From the NCBI GenBank assembly GCA_965262115.1, contig OZ253496.1:1604447-1668446 (forward strand): a stretch of DNA of 64,000 nucleotides, in the 5' to 3' direction. The notes under the pieces were generated by a model. The model saw only the letters and a list, made by a program, of their open reading frames with translations, was not told where the DNA came from and made no database searches. The DNA is from Nitrospinales bacterium (lineage in GTDB: Bacteria; Nitrospinota; Nitrospinia; Nitrospinales; VA-1). The translations under genes and the position numbers were made by a program. Shown here one piece after another: positions 50,734 through 61,943 of the stretch; the stretch's first letter is position 1; every line of letters starts with the position of its first letter.

Positions 50734-52685
50734 TTGTTTTGCGCCGTAGCCTGTACGCTTGCCCTGACCGTTGGGGAGGTGCTGGCGCAATCCGTCACCA
50801 TTGACGAGGGTGATACTCACACGACTCGGATTGTATCAATGCGCACTGACGATGCCATCATCAACAATGGCACAATAATGACGCCGGATTCCTCCGGCAT
50901 TTTCTCGACGGGTGATGGCGCGACCATCACCAACATCGGCACAATAGAAGCGAGATGGGTTCATTCTGAGGGCATTTACTCGGATGCCGCTAACGCGGTG
51001 ATCAGCAATAGCGGCACAATAACGGCGACGGGCGAAGCCATTTCCGCACATGGCGATGACATGACCATCACCAGCAGCGGCTCAGTATCAACCACAGGGG
51101 TTGTTGCTCACGGTATTTTTGTGGGTGGTGATGACGCGAGCGTAATCAGCAGCGGCTCAATCTCAACGTCAGGCGGGGATTCTGAGGGTATTTTTTCGAG
51201 GGGTGATAATACGATGATCACCCATAGCGGTTCAATCTCAACCACAGGCTCTACATCTGAAGGCATTTTCTCGCAGGGTGTCGGCGCAACTATTACCAGT
51301 AGCGGCTCAATCACAACCGCAGGGATAGAGGCTCACGGCATTTTATCGGTGGGCTCTGGCGCGGCCATCACCAATGACGGCACAATCACAACGACTGGCG
51401 ATGACGCTCACGGTATTTTTGCCGGGGGTGGTGGCACGGAGATTACCATCAGCGGCCGTGTGTCTGTCAGTGGCGAGGGTTCCTATGTGGTGAAAGGCTC
51501 CGATGCGGGAGATCAAACGCTGAACCTGCTTCGTGGGGCGATGACGAACGGGGAGTTTAGTCTGGGAGAAAGCAGCGGCGATAATGATATTGCCAACATT
51601 TATGTGGATGACATCTCAAGGTCGTCGACTTACACTATCGGCGGGGCCGAGACCATCAACCTGTTCAGAGGAGAGGGAAATGCGCAGATATCTCTTCCAC
51701 TGCCGTGGGTAGCGAATGCTGATGGCGATACTGCGGCTGTGCTCGACCCGACGGGCTCGTCCGCCGAACGCATGGTGCTGGGTACGGCTACAAGTCAGCT
51801 CCACCAGTTGGTGTTTCAGCGGTTGGCAGACACGCGGCAGTCGGCGGGGATGGGTAGCGGTGCGTCTGATGGGACAACCGGCGGGTCGGGCTGGGGCACT
51901 TTTTTTGGTGCCGGGCGCGAGCGTGACGCTGACGGCCTGGCGCAGGCTTGGTCGAGCCACCGTTTTGGCGCGGTCGGGGGCTACGACATCCGCCTGGACA
52001 GCGGCCAGCGTGTTGGTCTGTTTGCCGGGGGCAGCCGTGGGCACATTGAAACCGATGCCAGATCGATTGAGACCGACACCAACAGCGGGTTTGTCGGCGC
52101 TTACGGGCAGAGCGGATTCTGGGTGGTGGCTGGGGCTTGAGCGGATCGGTGGTCGGCGGCTATGAAAGCCATAACAGCGACCGCTCCGTGTTCGACAACC
52201 TCGAAGGGGATGGAACCGCTGACGGGGGTTACCACAGCTTCTATGTCAGTCCGTCTCTGGCCCTTGCGTGGTACCATGATCTGGGAGACGGCCTTGAGTT
52301 CCGGCCCAGCGCGCAGATTGCTTATACTACGGTGAGCGGCACGACAAACTCCGATTTACGCTTCGATGACCGGGATGTGCATATTTTTGACGGCCGCCTG
52401 CAACTGGCGCTGGCGCAATCCTACGACCGGGGAGAGATTGAGTTGCGTGGCGGCGCTACGCTCACCCATTATGGTGATGACAATGTCGATGTCAGCCTGG
52501 GCGGAGGTGATCCGATCTCTTACCGGGTGCCGGGTAACGAGACCATCCCCGCCGGGTATGTGGGTGCCAGTCTGCGTTATGTTGTCAGGGACAATGTCAA
52601 CCTGGTTGGCGATGTGGAATATCACAATGGCACGGGCGGCACGGAATCCATATCGGGTTATCTGGGGCTGAGGGTTCGGTTTTAG
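50734..52685 (+). pseudogene. Autotransporter with G/S/T-rich repeat passenger, frameshifted at about 52120
   Basis: Repeats of ITSSGSISTTG..AHGIF; beta-barrel ending GYLGLRVRF in the second ORF. Confidence 0.8.
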
Positions 52686-52792
52686 GTTTTAATTTGAGGA
52701 CGCGAAGAGAGTGTTTGGGCGGTGCGGCTAAAGCTGCGCTTCCGGCAACCCCCAGCCTTGTATCGTCATTCTGAACGATTGCATTGTCATGC

Positions 52793-52983
52793 GGAGATTC
52801 TTCGTCACGTTGTTCCTCAGAATGACAAAATGGCCTTGTATTGTCATGCTGAGCTAGTGATATTTGACCTTTGAATTCTTGCCCCGTAGGGGTATGTGAT
52901 ATCCTCTTCCTTAAACTTCATGCCCCGTAGGGGTATCTCGAAGCATATCGCTTTTCTGCTTTATAGACTTACGCAAAGGTCTC
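52793..52983. repeat. Composite repeat with tandem modules 52856-52894 and 52895-52935
   Basis: Direct repeat of the 50310-50455 scaffold plus one extra 41-bp module. Confidence 0.85.
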
Positions 52984-53041
52984 CCTGACAATGGGGGACT
53001 TTTATGAATTCCAATCCACACCCCTCCGCGGCTACGCCTTG

Positions 53042-54331
53042 TGATCTTCCCCTGTTTTAGTGGACAGTTAGTTAAGAGGCATAGGCCTGTTTCTCGAATT
53101 CGGCAGGGCTGAGATAGCCGAGATATTAGTGACGGCGTTGCCGATTATAAAACACTTCGATATATTCAAAAATATCCTTCTTTGCTTGCTGACGGGTTTT
53201 GTAGTTCCGGTTATGAATGAGTTCCACTTTGAGAGTATGGAAAAAACTCTCCGCCACGGCGTTATCCCAGCAATCGCCCTTCCGGCTCATACTGCACTCT
53301 ATCCCATGAACATTGAGCAAGGCTTGAAAATCGTTGCAGGCATATTGAACCCCCCGGTCAGAATGGTGAATCAATCCCGGTTTCATGCCGCCGTTCTTCA
53401 TTGCCATATTTAAAGCTCTCATTACCAACCAACGGGTTATCCAACGATCCATGGCCCAACCAATAACTTTACGGTGGAATAAATCCAGCGTCACCGCAAG
53501 GTATAACCAGCCCTCTTGAGTCGGGATATAGGTGATATCCGAAACCCAGCATTGACCGGGCTCAGCAACATTAAACCGCCGTTGCAGTTTGTTTTTTGCC
53601 ACCGGGTGATTATGTTTGGAATCGGTTGTCACCCTGAACTTTCTTTTGTGCTTGGCAACGATTCCATGCTCGCGCATAAGACAGGCAATACGATGCCTGC
53701 CAATGGCATATCCCTTGTCTTTCAAGTCCTCATGAATTCTGGGACTGCCATAAGTCTGGCGACTCTTCTTATAAACGGTTTTGATCTCATCAACCCATCG
53801 CTGCTTCTCACGGCTCCTCAGGCTCTCGGGGCGGCTCAGCCAGGCATAGAACCCACTTCGTCCCACTTCCAGAACCCGGCACATCGGGCTTACCGGAAAT
53901 GCTTCTCGATGATCCCGTATAAACCGATATCTCATTGGGAACCCTTCGAGTACCCCTTCGTGGCATGAAGACAAATGAAGAGGACATCACAAAGATAACT
54001 GCCGCCTTTTTTAATATGTCCCGCTCCATACGAAGGCGAGCGTTTTCTCGCCGCAACTGCTGCAACTCATCTCCCGGCTTAAGCTGTCCTTTGCCGGGAA
54101 ACGCATTCCCCTGATCCTCCTCATACTCCTGTTTCCAGCGACCCAGAAGGGCAGAACGGATTCCCAGATCCCGGGACACCCGGGCAATGCTATCGCCTAC
54201 TTCAATAACCAATCGAACCGCTTCTAACTTGAATTCTTTACTGAAACTCCTGCGTTTGGTTCCCATAAAAACACCTCCAAAAGTGTATTATCCACACTTT
54301 TCGATGTGTCCACCAATTCAGGGGAAGATCA
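53042..54331 (-). mobile_element. IS3-family element copy 2 (1290 bp) with module at 53951-53991
   Basis: Both IRs present; essentially identical to copies 1 and 3; one substitution in the module hairpin. Confidence 0.95.
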
Positions 54332-54542
54332 AGATGCTTCGAGATACCCCTACGGGGCATGAAGTTTAATGGAGAGGGTATCACATACCCCTACGGGGCA
54401 AGAATTCAAAGGTCAAATCACTAGCTCAGCATGACAATAAAAGGCTATTTTGTCATTCTGAGGAGCTATTGCAACGAAGACGTGATATTTCACCAAAACT
54501 TTCGTGCCCTGAAAGGGTAATCTTGGGTTATGCAAAGCTCTC
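54332..54542. repeat. Composite repeat with modules 54345-54385, 54386-54422 and 54481-54519
   Basis: Reverse-orientation relative of the 50206 and 52793 scaffolds; ends TTATGCAAAGCTCTC. Confidence 0.85.
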
Positions 54543-54866
54543 CTGATAGGAGGGCTAGATATGGAGGCACACGACTGGCGCAACCTGTTCAATCGCTTTG
54601 ATTTATGGGGCGTCGATCAAATGCTCTCAAACATTATGTTTTACCTGGGCTGGTTGAGCATTTTCCTGGCCTGGGTCTGGTTATATAAAGTTGGCGGACC
54701 AACCCCAAAAAGGGATAAAATGATTCTAAATACCTGATCGTAAAAAATCATTAATGGACATAAACAGGCTCTTAAATTATCCTAAGCAAAAATAATTTGT
54801 GATTTTTGTTTTAAATCGATAACTCTAAAATTTTTGCCTCATCAACAATTTTTTCAGGAGGCTCCC

Positions 54867-55281
54867 ATGACAGGAATTCCGCAATCTGAACACCCAAAAG
54901 AAAAGTTAGGGGATTTCATGACCACCCCCGTCATCGCCATCGATGTGAAAGCCACCGTTCAAGAGGCCGCCCACATGATGGATGAGCAAAATGCCAGTGC
55001 CATTCTCACCACTGAAAATGAAAAGCATATTAGGAATCATCACGGAAAGGGATTTTACACGCAAGGTGGGGGGGCTCCTGTTATCCACTCTTGTCTCCGA
55101 GATCATGATCTGCCCTCTCTACACTCTGGACCGCGATAACCATATTCTTGAAGCCGCAGAATTTATGACGGACCATTACCCGGCATATCACCGTCACAGA
55201 TCAGGGCAAAGTGGTGGGCATTATCACCGTAAAAAATACATTTTCTTATTACATGAATCTGTTCGGCCTGGGGAGTTATGA
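54867..55281 (+). pseudogene. CBS-domain protein, frameshifted
   Basis: DFMTTPVIAI..., then LGIITERDF in a second frame. Confidence 0.7.
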
Positions 55282-55393
55282 TCCGTCGACCTCTGCGGAT
55301 TGAGTGCTTTCTTCAACTGGCAAGAATCTGCTCTCTGAGGGGTGGTTTATAGAGGCCCTCTTCATCCCTCCTTCTAAGGAAAATCTATAAAAA

Positions 55394-56000
55394 ATGGATG
55401 ACCTTACAGAGTTGATTAAAACTTTTGTGATTTTACTGGCCATCATCGATCCCATCGGGAACCTTCCTATTTACATTTCCCTGGCCGCCAATAAAACCGA
55501 TGCGGAGCATAAAGCAATAATTTTAAAAACCAGTTGCGCTTCGGTGGCGTTATTAACCGTATCTTTCTTGTTCGGAAAATATATTGTGGTGTTTTTCGGC
55601 ATTCAAATTAATAGGGGGGGGTTTTCCTGGTCTATATCGCTTTCACCATGCTTACCGACAACAAGACCTCCCATTCACTTTCCGAAGAGGGGGCGTTAAA
55701 GATGATATTGCTTTTATGCCCATGACCTTTCCCCTTTTTATTGGGCCAGCTGCCATAAGCCTGGTGATAATTCAATCCACCGAATTCACTCTATGGTCGG
55801 CCAAACTAATATCTATTGCAGAATTTGTCCTGATAGGCGTTCTGATCTGGATCTCTTTAAAACTCGCTAACAGGATTTTAAAATTCCTGGGAAAGGGGAG
55901 CATCAAATTCATCACTCAGGTCATGGGTTTGCTCCTGGGTAGCATGGCGATAGGGATCATTGCCGATGAATTAAAAGTTCTTCTACCCGGCCTGTCTTAG
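55394..56000 (+). pseudogene. MarC-family membrane protein, frameshifted at about 55610
   Basis: IIDPIGN in ORF 1; AFMPMTFPLFIGPAAI and QVMGLLLGSM in ORF 2. Confidence 0.8.
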
Positions 56001-56044
56001 AACCGGCCTCGTTCAGTAATAAAAACACTCTTAATTCCGGAAAA

Positions 56045-56248
56045 ATGGACATGGCCACTCTCATCACCACAAGCGTTGTTGTTATTCTTCTTTTAGGCTT
56101 TGTGGTGAACTACCTTCTCGAGCCCGACATCCGCAAAAGTTCCGTCAATATTGTGTTTTTTGCGTTTGCAATACTATTATCTTTTCCAGTTTTAAAATGC
56201 TTTATACCGGAGAGATGGGGTCGTTTGATGTCCATGAGGGGGAAGTGA
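56045..56248 (+). CDS. Small membrane hypothetical protein
   Basis: Two hydrophobic segments. Confidence 0.4.
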   Translation: MDMATLITTSVVVILLLGFVVNYLLEPDIRKSSVNIVFFAFAILLSFPVLKCFIPERWGRLMSMRGK

Positions 56249-56371
56249 AAATACTCATGGGAACCCATCCCTTTGAGTCCTGGGGAAGCCTGATTTTTAA
56301 ATTGAGCTTGGGCGGGTTTATGCTTTATGCCCTGTTCCTGAAAATAAAAAAGAGCTAGGGAGTTATTTTTT

Positions 56372-56644
56372 ATGGCAGATGAAGGTTTCGAAAAATACAA
56401 TGATGTTCCGTTATATTTCTCGCATTACTACAATTTTCTATTCATTTATAAAAGTCAGAAAATGGAGAACGGCGATCAAATATTTTTACAACTCGGTGGC
56501 AACATGGAAAAAGTTTCAGCCATGGTGGTGGACGTGAACGATCCACTCACCCTTGATGAAAAATCTGATGACGAATATGCCTATATCAAAAACAAAGACA
56601 ATCAAGTTGTCTGGAAACAGGGTATTCCCGCAGGGGACGAGTAA
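56372..56644 (+). CDS. Hypothetical protein or remnant
   Basis: 90-aa ORF; no motif recognised. Confidence 0.35.
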   Translation: MADEGFEKYNDVPLYFSHYYNFLFIYKSQKMENGDQIFLQLGGNMEKVSAMVVDVNDPLTLDEKSDDEYAYIKNKDNQVVWKQGIPAGDE

Positions 56645-56696
56645 CCCCGAATCTTTATGGAAACAACTCCTCATATGAAACAGGGGATAAAAAGAA

Positions 56697-57497
56697 ATGG
56701 CAAAAAAATATTTCACACCAAAATTTATTCTTTTTATCGCTCTTGCTCTTCCCACCGCACTCCTGATATCGCTGGACAGAATTCCTCAAAACCCGGAATG
56801 GTCGCGTTTTGCAGATCACCGCAGTTGGCTCGGCATCCCTAATTTTGGCGATATATTCTCCAACCTTCCTTTCGTCGTTATTGGATTTATGGGCCTGTGG
56901 TTCTTGTTTCGTCTTGCCGATGACGGGGGGAACGCTTTCGAGTTTTCCTGGGAAAAAGCAGCGCCAACCATTTTTTTTACCGGTGTATTCCTGACCGGAT
57001 TCGGTTCCACCTGGTTTCATCTCAATCCGGATAACGCCCGGTTGGTCTGGGATCGACTTCCTATGACCTGGGCCTTTATGGGGCTGTTCTGCCAACTCAT
57101 CAGCGATCGCGTTTCGGCCCGCGCTGGATATTTACTGGTCTTTCCTCTTGCTGGCCTTGGAATGTTCAGTGTGATCTGGTGGTATTGGACAGAAGTAACG
57201 GGGGTCGGAGATTTGAGACTTTATCTCTGGATCCAGTTCGCCCCGACGCTGGCAATCATTTTAATGCTTTTTTTATTTCCCAGCCGTTATTCTCACGGCA
57301 AAATGTACTGGGGAGTCCTGCTATGTTATATTCTGGCTAAAATATTTGAACATTTTGATGCGGCGGTCTTTCAAGCCCTTGGTTTTATCAGTGGGCACAG
57401 CCTCAAACACCTTTTCGCCGGAGGGGCGGCCTGGATTATTTTTCAAATGCTGGCACAGCGACAAACCACTTACGGCACAAAAGATGCTAAAAGGTGA
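56697..57497 (+). CDS. Ceramidase-like 7TM (CREST-type) protein
   Basis: FADHR..LGIPNF..SNLPF, GS.WFH, LVWDRLPM, SGHSLKH. Confidence 0.75.
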   Translation: MAKKYFTPKFILFIALALPTALLISLDRIPQNPEWSRFADHRSWLGIPNFGDIFSNLPFVVIGFMGLWFLFRLADDGGNAFEFSWEKAAPTIFFTGVFLTGFGSTWFHLNPDNARLVWDRLPMTWAFMGLFCQLISDRVSARAGYLLVFPLAGLGMFSVIWWYWTEVTGVGDLRLYLWIQFAPTLAIILMLFLFPSRYSHGKMYWGVLLCYILAKIFEHFDAAVFQALGFISGHSLKHLFAGGAAWIIFQMLAQRQTTYGTKDAKR

Positions 57498-57868
57498 GGC
57501 CCACATCCGCTCCGGCGACTAGATTCTCGCTCATATCAAACCTGTCACCTGTTTTGGCGGAGCGGACGGTTGCCGCTTCCAGGGGACGAACCGCCACGGT
57601 GGAAGTGCCTGAAGGCAAAGATGCTGAGGTGGTGGAAATTGACTGGGGCATTACCGAACAGGATCACGATTTGCGGGATCGGTTTATTGAACTTCTTTTA
57701 AAAAATACTGCAGATAAGTTGAAGAACGACTATATGGTCTCGGCCAAAATGTGGAAGGGGGCCCACGACCTTATGGCCGCCTGCAAAAAAAAGGTTCGAA
57801 TACTTGAAACCGAAAATGAAAAACTAAAAAAATTGAATACTGCGCTAAAGAAAAAACTAAACATATAG
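57494..57868 (+). CDS. Hypothetical coiled-coil protein
   Basis: Overlaps the upstream stop; coiled-coil C terminus. Confidence 0.5.
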   Translation: MRPTSAPATRFSLISNLSPVLAERTVAASRGRTATVEVPEGKDAEVVEIDWGITEQDHDLRDRFIELLLKNTADKLKNDYMVSAKMWKGAHDLMAACKKKVRILETENEKLKKLNTALKKKLNI

Positions 57869-57949
57869 AAATCGCTTCCATTTAATCTGCATTATTTTTG
57901 TTAATGAACACGTATTGCCTATTTTCTAAATGGATGGCACAATCATTTC

Positions 57950-58951
57950 ATGGGCTCTATATGGAAAATCGGGATTGCTGAATTTTTGTCCCTGTTATTT
58001 TTGGGATCGGGGCTGGCTTTTGCTGGTATGGATAAAATTCCTCTGGTGACGACTCCCTCCTTCGATAAACTCAGCCTCGCGACTCCCGGCTTGGTCTCGC
58101 CCTCTAAAACCAAACCGCTTAACTTGATTTTGGTAATTTCTACAACCCGGGACGAAGACCTTTCGGTATCTCCCGCTACCCATGAACAATTATTCAACGC
58201 CATTGAGGTAGAAGACCTGGAGCGAGCCGAGAGACTGCTCACCGGTTTAGACATTAATTTGCAGGACAAACGCGGCATCACGCCTCTTTACAAGTCTGTC
58301 TTTCACAACCGGTTTAATTTTGTCCGTTTATTGCTCGAACGAGGGGCAGACATCAACCTCCCCGACCACGAAGGCCTGAGCCCTCTCCATGTCGTGGCAC
58401 TGGAGGATCTGGATACACTGGTGCCTGTGCTCCTCGATCAGGGGGCCGAGTTGGAAGCCAAAGATAGTTTTGGCTACACCCCTCTCCACCTGGCCACCGA
58501 CCAGGGCAGTGTCAAAGTCGCCCATGCGCTGATCAAAAGAGGCGCCAACGTGAACAATAGCTCAGAGTGGGGCAACACTCCACTACATGCTTCCATCGCC
58601 CAGGGCAATATGAAGCTCATCAAACTTTTACTCAAAAGGGGGGCAGACATCGGCGCCATAGACAGGCTGGGCCGTTCGGCTCTGCACTGGGTGGCGGAAA
58701 AGGGCTATCTGAGTATTGCCAGGTTTCTAATTCTTGAAGGCGCTCCGATTCATCATCAGGATAACGATGGCCACACTCAACTTCATGAAGCGGCAAGGTG
58801 GGATCAACAGAAAATGGCCAAGCTTTTCCTTGTTCACGGTGCCAATGTGAATGCAAAAGGCTCAGACGGTCGGGGTCCACTACATATTGCCATCGCCAAT
58901 GGGAATATAGATATTGTCAATCTGCTTAAACGCCACGGCGCTAAATTGTAA
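57950..58951 (+). CDS. Exported ankyrin-repeat protein
   Basis: Signal peptide plus about seven G.TPLH..A repeats. Confidence 0.9.
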   Translation: MGSIWKIGIAEFLSLLFLGSGLAFAGMDKIPLVTTPSFDKLSLATPGLVSPSKTKPLNLILVISTTRDEDLSVSPATHEQLFNAIEVEDLERAERLLTGLDINLQDKRGITPLYKSVFHNRFNFVRLLLERGADINLPDHEGLSPLHVVALEDLDTLVPVLLDQGAELEAKDSFGYTPLHLATDQGSVKVAHALIKRGANVNNSSEWGNTPLHASIAQGNMKLIKLLLKRGADIGAIDRLGRSALHWVAEKGYLSIARFLILEGAPIHHQDNDGHTQLHEAARWDQQKMAKLFLVHGANVNAKGSDGRGPLHIAIANGNIDIVNLLKRHGAKL

Positions 58952-59001
58952 CAATGCTCCGCGATGATTAAAAATTCGCTCCTGCCGACTCAACTTCTTC
59001 A

Positions 59002-59322
59002 ATGAAAAATTCCGCAATTCATTTTCTGCTTTTCGCCGTTGTTTCCTGCACCGCCTTGTTTGCCATGAAATATATTCTCTGGGCCATGTTCAAATGGGGA
59101 GGGGGCGCAGCCATTGCCTTGGCCCTGGTATTTACCTGTATTTATGTCGGGAGCTTTTTTGCGGTCATTCAAAAATGGGCTGGGCATGAACAATATATCT
59201 CTAATACAGGTCTGAGATGGATTTGGGTTCTGGGTTTCCTGCAGTTGGCCGTGCTGGGAACTCTTTATCACCTGTTGCCGCAATTTTTTCCTGCACTCAT
59301 CGCAGACTTCTTCTTCGCCTGA
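59002..59322 (+). CDS. Small membrane protein
   Basis: Three hydrophobic helices. Confidence 0.6.
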   Translation: MKNSAIHFLLFAVVSCTALFAMKYILWAMFKWGGGAAIALALVFTCIYVGSFFAVIQKWAGHEQYISNTGLRWIWVLGFLQLAVLGTLYHLLPQFFPALIADFFFA

Positions 59323-59680
59323 AACCGGAAAGATTGGCAAAAATCCTCGCCCAATTGCAAAAAAACATATAACAGGTTTCATCATGCATTGGGTTCTTTA
59401 CTTTTCTTCTCATCAGGAATCAAAGCATAACTCGAACCACATCCCTGCCTTTGGCCGACCATCACCATATTGTTATAGTGATTTTTTAAAACCTGTTTTT
59501 CCGTGTAATCCGCCGCATAAGAATCGGTCAAAAACAGAACCGCGTTAGGGTGGAAACCAAGGACGCCGCCATTGGAACCAGGGTTTCGGAAAACCACAAT
59601 TCATGCTTGTTGAGGTTGAAAAAAAACAGGATGGGGTAAATATAGCCAGGATAAAGAGATGGATCACCAGAGTTCTTTTT

Positions 59681-61066
59681 TCAGGCATGGCTCTTATTTT
59701 TCATGAGATAAAGGGTTCGTTCAGAATCGCCGACTTTTTCAGACTTTATGATATTGAAAAACTGGAGGAATTCGCTTTCAAACGCTTCCTGCGTATAGTC
59801 GGGAAAGATGTCTTCCCTCGAGGCCAGTAGTTTTTGCGCCATCGGGTCTGACTTTGGAACAAATTCGATGATCAGAGATCGACAGGTGTTTCTGAAAAAC
59901 CCGGCTATCTTAGCCAACGGAACATTGTTGGATATGGCCAGATGATGGATCAGAGCTAAGGCGAGTATGGTTTCTGTCGGCCCTCTTTCCTGAAGGGACA
60001 TTCTTTCTTTATTCTCCCACCCAATACTAGGGCTGGGGTTGTTGAGATCAACCCATAGGGGAAGCAGATTTTTCTCTCCATTTTTCAGCGTTTGAAGATA
60101 ACTGGTCTCAACACAACCGGGGTCGGTGTCCATTGAAATCGTGGTTATGCCTCGGTCACTTGCAATCCTGCTGAAAACTCCTGTGTTGGCTCCCAAATCC
60201 CAAACGGTACCGGGTTTTAAAAAGTCCAGATAGCCTGCCACCTGTTTGATTTTTTGCTCCAAAAATTTTGGGACATGGGCACATTCGCTGTAATAGTTTA
60301 CCCATTCGCTTTTCCCAGGTCTCCAATACATATTTTTAATGGCAGATTCCAAACTATCTGTTAGTCCAAGAAGGGACTTTCTACTCATGGTCTGGTTGCT
60401 GGCAGCTGTTGAAGCTTGCTCGACATGTTTTGTTTGGTATCTGGCATGCAAATGAATATGCGTTGCCAAATGAAAATTGAAGTACGTCCTTCCAGGAAGT
60501 AACGATGAAACCAAGTCCAGTGGGATGCCGCTAATATATTCGCGTAACATCCGTCCGAGACTTATGTCCTTATAACTCATCAACGCCAGAGGGCCGAGAA
60601 AGTTTTCGCAGAACTGTTTGTAACCAGCCCAAGGTTCCCCCTCTTGATACTTTTCAAAAGAAAGAGTGTCGATCAATATAGGTTGTCCCTGGTAGAATTG
60701 GATGTTGTAAGCATTGGCATCCTTGAGAATCATGCCATGACTCAAGGTACGCTTTAAAATAGTCAGGGTTAGCAGAGCAGCATTTTTAAACTGAGTGAAA
60801 CACCATTCGTAGGGATAGGATATAAATGGAATAGGCTCTGGTCGAATAGTCTGATAGCCATCAGAAAAGGGAAAGTGGCTCGCGTCAACAGTTTCATGAG
60901 GGATCAATAATCTTTTGTTACGGAGCTTTTCATATAGCCCCGATTCTAAAAAATAATCAAAATTTTCTTTATAAACTGGATTGATTTGACGGTAACAGAC
61001 TCCTTCCCAATAAAAAACAAAGCCGCTTGGGTCACGAAAGGAACTGTTCTCAGTTTCTGGGATCAT
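59681..61066 (-). CDS. SAM-dependent methyltransferase with N-terminal SFRDPSG domain (NoeA-like)
   Basis: SFRDPSG, SYPYEW, LKDANAYN, VWDLGANTG, LALIHHLAI. Confidence 0.8.
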   Translation of the reverse strand: MIPETENSSFRDPSGFVFYWEGVCYRQINPVYKENFDYFLESGLYEKLRNKRLLIPHETVDASHFPFSDGYQTIRPEPIPFISYPYEWCFTQFKNAALLTLTILKRTLSHGMILKDANAYNIQFYQGQPILIDTLSFEKYQEGEPWAGYKQFCENFLGPLALMSYKDISLGRMLREYISGIPLDLVSSLLPGRTYFNFHLATHIHLHARYQTKHVEQASTAASNQTMSRKSLLGLTDSLESAIKNMYWRPGKSEWVNYYSECAHVPKFLEQKIKQVAGYLDFLKPGTVWDLGANTGVFSRIASDRGITTISMDTDPGCVETSYLQTLKNGEKNLLPLWVDLNNPSPSIGWENKERMSLQERGPTETILALALIHHLAISNNVPLAKIAGFFRNTCRSLIIEFVPKSDPMAQKLLASREDIFPDYTQEAFESEFLQFFNIIKSEKVGDSERTLYLMKNKSHA

Positions 61067-61286
61067 TTGTGTTGTTTTTGCCAACAAGATTCTTTACAAA
61101 GCTTTTAAATTTTCCCCAATAGATTTTCAAGGTGAAAAGAAATCCGAGGAGGCTCGCAATTAAGAGATGCAAAACCATGCTGCCGGTTCCAGGGTCAAAA
61201 TAGGCGTGCACATCAGGAGTCCAGCCCAAAAGACAAATTAAGGTGAGAAAAAGAACCAATGATTTTTTTGGGTGGGTACGAAGCAT
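61050..61286 (-). CDS. Small exported/membrane protein with AYFDPGTGS motif
   Basis: Signal-like helix, DPGTGS, second TM; overlaps the methyltransferase start. Confidence 0.7.
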   Translation of the reverse strand: MLRTHPKKSLVLFLTLICLLGWTPDVHAYFDPGTGSMVLHLLIASLLGFLFTLKIYWGKFKSFVKNLVGKNNTNDPRN

Positions 61287-61486
61287 GCGTTTTCCTTTTT
61301 TAGGTACAGCTTGTGAGGTTTCCGGTCTTCGGCAATAGGTTACACGTGGCTCATATCTTCCAGGATTTTACTGACTTACTCAGCTTAACGGGTTTATTTC
61401 CGCCAACCTTTATACATTATTGGGCCAAACACCTCAAAAATCCAGGCATATGCACTTGAAGGGAAGGAGATACACAGCCTCCACGC

Positions 61487-61699
61487 CTAGTTGGGGGTCC
61501 AACCGCCATCCGGTCCGCAACGGATGCAACGAACACTTTGGAAGATTTCATCCCAATCCGCATCGGTGGCAATATAATCCAGGACGCATCGCAGGGCCTT
61601 GTCTTTATCTTCCAGCTTGTATTTTTTTGTGGCATACTCCAGCATTCTTACCAGATCTTCCTGAATCTGGAACTCGACCCCGATTTTTTCACCTGCCAT
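61487..61699 (-). CDS. Small hypothetical protein with CxxC
   Basis: 70 aa ending VRCIRCG; plausible RBS. Confidence 0.6.
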   Translation of the reverse strand: MAGEKIGVEFQIQEDLVRMLEYATKKYKLEDKDKALRCVLDYIATDADWDEIFQSVRCIRCGPDGGWTPN

Positions 61700-61943
61700 A
61701 TTTATGATCCTTTCAAAAATCTATTTTGTTTGATATGAGTCTGTACACCGACTGGCTTGTTCGAATTTGTGTGACTGCAGAACTTTCTTAGTTTCCCGGG
61801 CCAGGGTTCTCAGTCATCTTCGTCAAGATTGTGCCGGAGAGGTTGGCTCCTGTCAATATGGCCTCTCGAAGGATCGATCTCGCAAATTCGGCTCTATCCC
61901 CTACCGGACGTGGCCCGGTTTTTCACTGCCTCGACGGCGAGTC

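Noticed and set aside
52880-52935. A 25-26 bp TG...CA element making a 15-16 bp target duplication of the hairpin
   Set aside because: It fits tandem cases only; at 13551, 39325, 46066 and in IS3 the hairpin arrives with the unit where none existed before.
57950-58951. Ankyrin protein as a symbiosis effector
   Set aside because: Signal-peptide ankyrin proteins are common in free-living bacteria, and no secretion system is present in the window.
59382-59690. Remnant of a gene downstream of the methyltransferase
   Set aside because: Only short broken frames; I cannot support a product call.
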